DNA of 64,000 bases from Minutocellus sp. GHC0000111. Taxonomy: Eukaryota. Each line of letters opens with the position of its first letter. The stretch's first letter is position 1. Position numbers and translations under genes: made by a program. The DNA is taken from the NCBI GenBank assembly GCA_977018835.1, contig OZ361256.1, positions 3,968,001-4,032,000 on the forward strand. Direction: 5' to 3'. Under the pieces are notes generated by a model. It had not been told where the DNA came from. It made no database searches and saw only the letters and a program-made list of their open reading frames with translations. Below, one piece after another: positions 12,368-22,168 of this stretch.

Positions 12368-12482
12368 ATGCTACGTAGTACTTTCTGTGTGATAAGTTAG
12401 AACTCCATATCAGCATTTAATGCTACGCATCTTATTTTTCTTTAATAATCCTCCTAAGTTTAGCTAGCTCTATCTTCCTTTC

Positions 12483-15400
12483 TTAGCGCTTGCCTTGAAC
12501 AACAGCCTTCTTATAAGCTTCGAAGGCCTCATTCGCCATACCACCGGCAAGACGTTCAACCGTACCATTCTCAACAACGTAGAGGTCCTTGCAGACATTT
12601 GTAAGAAGATGCTGGTCGTGCGAAACGAGCAGTACTCCTCCCTTGAATTGCTGTAGAGCTTCGATGAGCGCCTCGGTCGTTTCTGTGGTGCGTGTAAGTG
12701 AAACAAAACAAATGCTTGTAAGCATGATAATCCAAGACGGACCAGATAAATGAACACAAACAATTCAATACAATACACGTCAACTTCATAGATGACTTAC
12801 CCAAGTCCAAGTGGTTGGTGGGCTCTGGGGTTTGTTGATCAATATAGTAGAGAAGAACGCGATGGAGAATGTTAGACATAGATGTGTGCCAAGGAATATA
12901 TGATGGAAAGACTCGCATTGCCTCAAAGCATTGAATAAAACTTACCATCGAGAATAAGCAAGTGAGGCTTCCTGTACATGGCACAGGCGAGGCATAGACG
13001 ACATTTTTGACCTCCGGACATGGTGCTGATACGCTGTTTAGGTAAAACTTCGACCCCGAGGCCAAAGTTTGCCAAATAGTTCCGGAGTTCCTGGCAGTGT
13101 TGGTTGCCTCGATCACCAGGGTATCTGTCGAGCATGGTTGACATTGGAGTTCCGTCTGGATCCAGTTGCTCGAGCTGATGCTGGGCCAAATATTCAATCT
13201 TTGCCCTTGCATCTACGCCGCCCTTGCCGTTCAGAGGTCTCAATGCTCCAACCACAAGCATAATGAGCGTTGATTTTCCGCAGCTAAATTTTAAACGCGA
13301 AAGTGAGACAAAACAAGTAAACATGAGCAGGATAGTTGAGTAGATAAATACACACAATGCAATGTCCACAATTGTAGAGAACTTACCCATTGCGTCCCAA
13401 CAGAGCAATCCTCGAGTTAACATCGACCGTCATGTCAACATTCTTCAGCAGAATCTTGTCTGAACTATATCCAAAGGTGGCTTGTTCTAGAGTGACCATA
13501 TTGCCAGGCATAGATCCAGGATCGGCGAAGCTTAGCTCAACCTTGTCATCTTCCTTGTATTCCTCAATCTCCTCGGCATCACCATCGTAACTTGCCTTGA
13601 ATTTTTTGCCTTCCTGTGACATCATTCCAATTTTGTCTAGCTTTTTCATGCGAGACTTGCGCTGGCGAGCCGCTTTGACGCCGTTTTCACCTGCCTGCGC
13701 ATGGAGGTCGATGTATTTTTGAAGGTGCGCCTTTTGTTTCTCTTGATTCTCGTACAGACGAATTTGTCTCTGCTTCTCCTCCTCTCGGACAGCCTCAAAG
13801 TTCGATACATCTCCACGGTACGTCGTTAGTGATTGGCGATGAAAGTGGACGATATCTGTACAAACCTCATTCAGGAAATGACGGTCGTGCGAAACAACGA
13901 CCAATGTGCCCGTGAACTTAGTGCACAGATATTTCTCAAGCCAGAGCACTGCCTCCAGGTCCAAATGATTAGTGGGCTCTGGGGTGTGTATTGATCAACA
14001 TAGTAGAGAGGAACGCGATAGAGAATGTTAGATGTCAAGTGAGATTGTGATGAAGGAAAGGCTCGCATTGACTCATAGTAAACCGTTGAAAACTTACCAT
14101 CGAGGAGAAGAAGCGCAGGATTCGCGAAAAGTGCGCAGGACAGGGAGACTCGCATTCTCCATCCACCACTCAGCTCGCTAGTGGGCTTGTTCATCATTTC
14201 ATCCGAAAAGCCCAGTCCAGACAAAACCTTTCGGGCTCGGGGTTCCGGGTCGCCACCCTCCTCCTCTTCAATTTGGGCCAGCTTCTGATAAGCTTTGGAG
14301 AGCTTATCAGCTAGCTTGCTCTTTTGAGCCTCGATATCTTCCTCGGCACTGGATGCACCGCTCTTCTTCGACCCTGCAGTCTTGCCCTTCTTGCCGGCGG
14401 CGAGCTTCTTCTTCTCTCTAAGCCGCTGCTTGGCACCATCTGCGGCCTCCTCTTTATCGTCCTCAGTGCCATCAGCCTTGACACCACCATTCTCCAACCT
14501 TTCGATCTCTGATTCACACCACTTGATATATTTCTTGACTCCTTCTCTCTTCACGTCGCTCTTCAAGACGGTCTCGACGGCGCTCCAATCGTTTCCGACA
14601 ATTTCTTGCCGAACAAGGAGCATACTCATGTTCTTGGGGACACCGCCACCTCCATCTTTATTGACCTGTCTGCCAGCAATATATGTCATCATCGTTGTCT
14701 TGCCACATCCGTTACGACCCATTACATATCTGCGCCCATGGGCGAGTGTGAGATTAGCACCGGACAGGAGGTCAGGTCCTCCGCCTCGTAGGTTGGGCAG
14801 ATCAAAATCGCGCAAATGAACATCTCTGGCATTGTCATTGGCCAGATCATCCAATTCGGTGTCTCCTCCGCCCTTACCATCTCCTCCCTCATCATCCTCG
14901 AGCATCTTCATGGCATCTTCGATGGCCCTCCTACGCTCTTCCTCTTCGGCAGCCTCACGTAGTGCCTTCTGCCTCGCCTTCCTTCGCGCGCGCTCACTCT
15001 TGGCGGCCGGATTTTCCGACGGGTCGATCATGTTGGCATAGAATGCGGCAATCTGAGACTGTTGCTCCATCCCGCCGACCGTGTCGACCGCCGCCGATAG
15101 ACCTGAGGCAAAGGTCGTTACATCCTTTTCCTTCAATGTCACACTCTCGGTGAGCTTGCGTAGTTCCCCTGCACCACCACCGGTTGCATCGCTCATGGTG
15201 GAGGAGGAACGTGTTGGGGCTGGAGTCTTAGGCAAGCCGCTACCGCCAGCAGCGGCATTATTAGCAGTATTGTCATCGCCAGGGCCACCAACAGAGCCAA
15301 AGTCCAAGAGCTGAAACAACGAAGCGCAAACTTCAGCAGGGTCGGCCTCATCGTCGTCGATGGAGCCTGCGACCAGGGCCATTACGGCCTCACGAGCATC

Positions 15401-15511
15401 TTCATCAGAAGGGTCATCTGACAGGAGGGATGTGACATATTCGGTAGCGTCCTCGTCCAGGTGAGCGGCCAGCGTCGACTCGACGGCTTGGGAAAGGCTG
15501 GCGGACGTCAT
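12483..15511 (-). CDS. ABC-F family ATPase (GCN20/ABCF3-like); 5 exons, introns 13979-14097, 13284-13386, 12825-12945, 12683-12800
   Basis: Two NBDs and no TM segments: GRNGCGKTT, LSGGWRMR, LLLLD/EPTNHLD, VVSHDR; GRNG/CGKST, MSGGQKCR, LLILD/EPTNHLD, LVSHDQ. All four GT-AG introns splice in frame. Confidence 0.92.
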
Positions 15512-15513
15512 GG

Positions 15514-15587
15514 TTGCTTGCCTCCGGCCTGACCTCTCGCGTGCGTTTGTTGCTTGCCTCCGGCCTGACCTCTCGCGTGCGTTTGTG
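15514..15587. repeat. Direct tandem duplication (2 x ~36 bp) in the ABCF/DUF1295 divergent promoter
   Basis: ttgcttgcctccggcctgacctctcgcgtgcgtttg occurs twice in a row just upstream of the ABCF ATG. Confidence 0.9.
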
Positions 15588-15721
15588 GTTATCCTTGGCA
15601 TAGCTGGCGCCGGGGGTGAAAGATGATGAAGGACCCCTGGGTGAGGCGCATTTAATTTTCGGGGTCTTCGCATCTCATCATCAGTCGCCTTCGCTTCAAG
15701 TCTTCAATCCAAAAAGCAGTC

Positions 15722-16819
15722 ATGACGGGCATTTCTACTCTCAGCGGCGAAGGGCAGTGTAATCTTTGGTCCTTCGCCCGGGAGGGGCTCGACGCAACGG
15801 CATTATATTTCTCGAATACATCTAATGACTCTTCATCTGCGAGCGAACCGAGCACGAAAAGATACGAAGCGGCCTTCCTCCTCTGCCTTTCAGCTTCCAT
15901 TCTGTGCTTCGTCGTCTCCACGCTGAGCTCCAACTACTCTCAGGTGGATAAGATCTGGTCGATAATACCTGTTGTATATGCTTGGATTGCGGTTTATCCT
16001 GGCATCGGCAGTAATGACGATGGCATGGATCCTCGGGCGCTGATGATGGCGGTGCTCGCAACAATCTGGGGTGTGCGGCTGACGTGGAATTTCAACCGAC
16101 GCGGAGGCTACACTTGGCCGCCATGGCAAGGGGACGAAGACTATAGATGGGCCTACATCCAAAAGGGAGAATATTTGCCAATCTTGTCCAAACCGCTGCC
16201 GTGGATGCTTTTCAATCTATTCTTCATCAGCATTTACCAAAATGTTTTGCTCATGTTGATTGCGATGCCGAGCTTTGTTGTGGCCGATCTGGCAACGAGA
16301 TCAGAATGTCAAAGTGTCGTGGTGGCATTGACGCTAGCAGATTATTTATTGGCAATTATATTCATTTCCTTGATTATTTTGGAGACCGTGGCTGACAATC
16401 AACAATGGAAATTTCAGCAGGAAAAGACAAGGCGAAGAAAGAACGGTGATATCGATATGTCAAAGAGTGCAAGCGATGATTATGCCGCTGGGTTTTGCCG
16501 ATCGGGTCTCTTTGCAATATTGAGAAAGCCCAATTATAGTTGCGAACAATCAATATGGATCTGCAATTACCTCTTTACAGTAGCGGCGACAGGTGGCGCT
16601 ACAGAATATCTCTTGAATTGGTCCTTTGTTGGTTGCTTTCTCCTTGTGCTACTGTTTCAGGGGTCAGGGGCGTTTACGGAGAAATTATCGTCTGCGAAAT
16701 ATCCAGATTATAGTCAATACAAGAAGGATGTTCCTCTGTATGTGCCATCTTTGAAGAAGGTGTGGGAACTTTTGGCTGGAGGAGGAGGAGGAGGCAAAGA
16801 TGATCAGAAGGTTGAGTAA
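15722..16819 (+). CDS. DUF1295 / steroid 5-alpha-reductase-like membrane protein
   Basis: NYSQVDKIWSIIP, WGVRLTWNFNRRGGY, EDYRW, ETVADNQQWKFQ, GFCRSGLFAILRKPNY, KYPDYSQY. Confidence 0.88.
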   Translation: MTGISTLSGEGQCNLWSFAREGLDATALYFSNTSNDSSSASEPSTKRYEAAFLLCLSASILCFVVSTLSSNYSQVDKIWSIIPVVYAWIAVYPGIGSNDDGMDPRALMMAVLATIWGVRLTWNFNRRGGYTWPPWQGDEDYRWAYIQKGEYLPILSKPLPWMLFNLFFISIYQNVLLMLIAMPSFVVADLATRSECQSVVVALTLADYLLAIIFISLIILETVADNQQWKFQQEKTRRRKNGDIDMSKSASDDYAAGFCRSGLFAILRKPNYSCEQSIWICNYLFTVAATGGATEYLLNWSFVGCFLLVLLFQGSGAFTEKLSSAKYPDYSQYKKDVPLYVPSLKKVWELLAGGGGGGKDDQKVE

Positions 16820-17604
16820 CTCTAGTCAGATACTCAGATACTCTTTTGCGATAATACCCTCCTGTTGATTTTTGAAAATACATTTGAGGTCGATCTCTCA
16901 CCAATAACATCAATGGACTCGGCTCATAGTAATACGCTTTCCGGCCATGATGCTGTCATTTTTTCCGGCGGTGGATTACATGTAGTCGATAAGTCCGATG
17001 AAGTCCAGCAATGGCCAGTAGTGGATAAAAAAGATCAGCAGAAGATTAATGTAGTATTGATAAATATTTTTTCGACGACAATGCGAATACATTGTATGCT
17101 GGCAAAAGTACACAGAACTATACTACATGTAATTAGATTTTATATATGTACCACTGAATCCATTGTGCAGTACATATGAGAGTTTTTTGCATAAGCAGAC
17201 GTACATTTATACAGAGGACAGCAGAGGCGACGATAGAAGAGCATGAACGTTCAAAAAAACTCTTGAGAGCGCCAAGGCAGATAATATTCACCATTAGGGT
17301 TATATAATGTTCACCATATGAATAAAATAACACACTCCCCAGACATGGCAGACCAAAAGCAAGGCACAGGGACGATCCAGGGGCACATTGGGACTTCCAA
17401 AAGCGGAAAAAACAAAAGAACAACACTCAGGTCAGGCTAGACAGTATAGAGCCTCTACGGCTGATTAATGAATTAACTGAATCGGAGTATTTGGCATCAT
17501 TCATTCATTGAATAAATTTTGAGTCTTGACAGCATCAAGTAAGTAGTAGCAGTCTCAGCAGTCACTGCTATTGCTACTATACTGCCACTGCTACTGCTAG
17601 GTGA

Positions 17605-18525
17605 TGGTGGCCGACTCTGTGTCTGCACCCAATGGATCTGAGTCGTTACTGCTGGAGGATCAAGGTACTACGAAGGCGGCCGGCTCTGCATCTGCTCCCA
17701 ACACCAGATCTGAGTCGCAACTGCTGGATAGACGAAGGCGGCCGGCTCTGCATCTGCTCCCAATGCCAGATCTGAGTCGCAACTGCTGGAGGATCGAAGT
17801 ACATGTGTCGTGGTGGTGGTGGATCTACGAAGGCGGCCGGCTCTGCATCTGCTCCCAACACCAGGTCTGAGTCGCAACTGCTGGATAGACGAAGGCGGCC
17901 GGCTCTGCATCTGCTCCCAGTGCCAGATCTGAGTCGCAACTGCGTTCGTGGTGATGTTGGTGGTGGTGGTGGTGACTCGTCCCAGAGTGAAGATCTTGAG
18001 CAAACCAATACGCTCCGATCGACGCTTCGTGGTGATGGTGGTAGTGGTGGTGGTGGTGGTGGTGACTCGTCCCAGAGTGAAGATCTCGAGCAAACCAATA
18101 CGCTCCGATCGACGCTTCGTGGTGATGATGGCACAGTCTCTGTCCCAGCCCTGTCCCAGCCCCTCTTACCGAATCTGCATGTCTACGGTGGATTGCGGTA
18201 CCTCGTACACTCACCGGAGCTCCCAGAGCTCGCGGTACGTACAGTCTCAGCCCCCCTTGCCGGATCTGCATGTCTACGGTGGATTGCGGTACCTCGTACA
18301 CTCACCGGAGCTCCCAGAGCTCGCGGTACGTACAGTCTCAGCCCCCCTTGCCGGATCTGCATGTCTACGGTGGATTGCGGTACCTCGTACACTCACCGGA
18401 GCTCCCAGAGCTCGCGGTACGTACAGTCTCAGCCCAGTCTCAGCCCCTCTTACCGAATCTGCATATCTACGGTGGATTGCGGTACCTCGTACACTCACCG
18501 GAGCTCCCAGAGCTCGCGGCATGTA
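17605..18525. repeat. Complex minisatellite: 62-bp units (157-bp higher order), 90-bp units x2, 91-bp units x4
   Basis: gaaggcggccggctctgcatctgctccc at 17672, 17734, 17829, 17891; ggtgactcgtcccagagtgaagatc at 17971, 18061; atctgcatg/atctacggtggattgcggtacc at 18173, 18264, 18355, 18457. Confidence 0.95.
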
Positions 18526-19458
18526 CAAACCAGCGGCAAGGACAGCCCAAAACGCACCACAAACGCACCGTGACGTTGTATTAAATACATGTGTGTGTGC
18601 TGATTTTTCTACATGTCGACATGTCGAAACATCTTGTGAAGATAATTCTGAGCAAACAGTTCTTATTCTTAGCTAACAATTAGATGTGCACTTTTAATTT
18701 CTAAGCTCGGCCATGGTTTCCCTCTCCAGGTCATCAAAGAGCTTGCCAGGAATGCCCGAATAGTGCTTCTTGTAATGCCTTATGTGCTGCTGCTGCTTAA
18801 TGGGGCCCATCCCTCTGAGATCTCCAATTGGGTCAGGTCGGACTTGTGCCCTTCCCAGCTCCTTCGTCAGATCGGTGCAGACAATCCCATTCTTTCCCGA
18901 CCATCGGTAGGTCAGAGACATTCTCACACGGCCAATCTCTGCCGTCTCACCACTTGGGTAGAAGCGTGGTGATAGTACTTGATGTCTGCATCTGGAAGGA
19001 GGACGTAAATCTGACCATGATTGGTCTGGAAAGCAATGTATTTTCCACTCGCATCCTTTGCCATGTTCTCGTGGGTGTACCTTGCCGTTTTGTGGTACGG
19101 AAATGGATTGCAACTGCCCCAATTGGACCGTCGTGTTGAACCAATTTCTTTTGAAAGCCTCGCGGCTTGTTGGGTGCACCTTGTTGCTTCCACGGCATGT
19201 GCAATAGCCCAGAAACAGTCAAGTTGAACTAAGTAGATTGCCCAGTTTGCTGTTCATTCTGCCTACATACATGTACATGTTCTGCCTCCCGGCTCTCGCT
19301 CCCTTGGCTCTCGCTCGCTCGGCCGCCTCTCTCGCCAAAAGCTTTGCACACGTACCTAGGTACCTAGGCCTAGGTACTGGCTAAGAATCTATCACACAGG
19401 GGTCCGGGTTACCCTTGCCTAGCTACGTAGCTACGTAGCGTAGCGATAGCAGCAGAGC

Positions 19459-19460
<2 letters not shown>

Positions 19461-19523
<63 letters not shown>
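19461..19523. repeat. (AGC)21 trinucleotide microsatellite
   Basis: Uninterrupted 63-nt AGC run. Confidence 0.97.
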
Positions 19524-19524
<1 letters not shown>

Positions 19525-20605
19525 GCGCCAGCTGCCAGTCTCATTATTGTTCTCGGTCAGAGGTGCGATCTGGCGGTTCGAGGACGGTGAGTACCGTTTG
19601 AGATACCGGGCGTGGGCGGTATCCATCCTTTCATTCCTTATTATCCATGGATTCTGTGTGTTATGTGTCGAATTTTGCGTGTGTTTGAGCGGCGGTATCT
19701 TTTGCGAGGGATCGGATAAATGTTGCAAAAGATGATGTGAAATCGCTATCGGGGGATGCGGTGCTGTCATCTTGGTATGGTCGTTCCTATCAGAAAGGAA
19801 GTTATCAAAATACATAAATTCTGCATCTTATATATTATACGACGAGCAAGTCAGCAAAAGCAGTCAAGGTGGCGCGTGTGCGCACCTTTCAAAGCGAGCA
19901 AGAAGATTCCCAGATAGCAGCAATCGCAGGCGAAAGTGAAAGTCAACAACATAGATGGGAAACAAGGCTTCAAGCGAAAAGGCGGCGCCTCAGCCTCAGC
20001 GGCGAATATCTCGGCCGGTGGTGACTCCGACGGCGGAGGAGAGGAAGCAACATCTGAGGGATATCAGCCTCTCGGAGCCAATGACCGGCAAAGATCGCAA
20101 ACGACGCCGAAAACATATTGAAAAGAGGTGAGTTAGTTCTTTTCTCGGAGATGAATTTGTTGGTGGTAGGGACACATGTTTCATCGATATGCCCGTGCTT
20201 CCTCACTCATTTCTACACTTACCGGTACTTTATCTTCAATTCATGGTTGTAGCCGGGAGAGAAGTAGGAACGACAGGGAACAGAGAAAGCTCGGCATGGA
20301 AGCAAAGTGGTCTGCAGGCAATCGCAGATACCAGGCGAGTCTTTTATCAGAACGAAGAGAAGTGCGGCAATCTGGTATTTTTGAACGCGTTGCTTCCGAG
20401 TCTACTGATAATAATCCAAAGCCAATGGCGCCTGCATGTATCACAACTACAATGGTTCACGATGACGAGCCTGATTGGGCAAAAGATATCTGACTATACG
20501 CAGAACACATTACTAACTTGTAGAAATGTCAGAAATCTGGACTACTACGTAGGTGCATAGCTAGTAGAGTAGAACACATACAAACTCTTCATTAAAAGTA
20601 TAAAC

Positions 20606-21948
20606 CTATGCTTCAACAGGGACAACACCATCGAAGAATGCCCTGCCGTCCTTTGACCATTTCACTCGAAACGCAACAATCTTGACACCATTCTTCTTGG
20701 CCTTAGTGAGTTCTTCTGCAAAAACGGGACACTGCTCATGGCAGGCTCTCACGCTTTGACAATCCGATCGATTGACAACAAACATAATAACGGGTTGAAT
20801 GGTCGAGTCTTTCTTGCCCATGTCCGCAAGATTCCTCATATGTTTGATTGCTCGTGCCGATACCACCTTTCCCCCCTCAAACTCCTGGCCAAGACGTCCC
20901 CATGGAAATATTGCCGTGCGTTTGTACTGTGCCTCGACCTCCTCTGGGGAGATAATGACGCAGTGATTTGGATTCATCTTCTCGGGAGCATGTGCTGTAA
21001 AGTAATCGCTACAAACGATATTTTTCACTTCAATGAGAGCCTTGACGCTAGAAGCCTCATCTTCCTCCATCTTGGTGAGCTCAAAGTCCACCCGAGAATC
21101 ACCATAAGTGACTTGCTTCTTGAGATATGTACCTGGTGCAAGCTTGTCGTCATTGTCGTCGTTTTTCTTCTTTTGGGGACATTTTGCCGCTGACTTTTTA
21201 GTCTTCTTCTTGGGTGAGGAGGACAAAGTTTCTGTCGCTGCATCGAATCCAATTTCCTCACTAAGTAAACCAAGGCGAAGCACTTCCTCGGCCAATTTTT
21301 CTCACCAAGCTGAGGATGAGCACCCACTAGTACGTCGTCGCCTTCATTTCCATTGGGACCGGCGGCAATAACAAGCTCGATACTATGCGATGTCTTTCCA
21401 CCGGGGGGACGTTCTTTCATCAGCACCGTGGAGCTGGGAGCACACAAACCGCCCACATCTAGAGCAGGTGCGTGTGCCAAGGCAAAGGGCGCGTCGGGCT
21501 CTGCATCGAAAAGTCGGCAATCGGCCACGTATGGCGATCGGATTGTTGAGCTCGGGCGCTTCACAACCACTCCCTCTACAAGCTTTCCTAGATCCAAGAG
21601 CGGAGCAGTTGCGCCGTCGGTAGAGCTTGTAGACGATGCAGAACATTTCGCGGATGTGGACGCAGTACTTTGCTTCCTCTTAGCTCTAGTTGCTACTGCT
21701 CCTGCAGCAGTTGCTGGCATGGACGTAGTACTTTGCTTCCTCTTACCACTAGTTGCAGCAGTTGCAGTGGGCAAAGTAGACTGGGAAGAATGGAGTCTGG
21801 GCGAGCGTCTTCGGGTGGAGCCAGAAGGCGGCATCTTGAGATGTGTCGAGAACGGGCAGTGAAAGGCGAGTGAAGGAAGGGCTGTAGTGCCGATGCGCGA
21901 TGTACTAAGGAATGTTAGGCAGTACCTTGCGGCGGCAATCTTGCGCAT
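20606..21948 (-). CDS. sfsA: SfsA (sugar fermentation stimulation protein A)-like PD-(D/E)XK protein; frameshift in the A run at about 21296-21300
   Basis: N-terminal RPSSTIRSPYVAD...LAHAP...GLC; C-terminal VTYGDSRVDF, IEVKN, AIFP, SARAIKH, FVVNRSD, GVKIVA. Start codon uncertain (21948 or about 21835). Confidence 0.8.
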
Positions 21949-22168
21949 CCTGCCGATGCCGTCGATGGCCGTCGATACTCCTTCAGTGAGTGATGAGTCA
22001 GTCGAGGCGATTTTGGCGCAACTTGAAACTTTCCTACGACGTGCAGACGGACGGACAGACCAACCACAGAAATCGAAACCATACCAGCACATTTTCAGCC
22101 AGCATCCACAAAGGAAGGGGCATTGAACATAATACAAGCCACAAAGCCCCGAGGAAAGGTACACAACC

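Noticed and set aside
17605..18525. CRISPR-like array or repetitive peptide precursor
   Set aside because: No unique spacers and no cas genes, eukaryotic context, and repeat periods of 62 and 91 break the reading frame.
19423..19815. Poly-Cys ORF
   Set aside because: Translation artefact of the (AGC)21 microsatellite.
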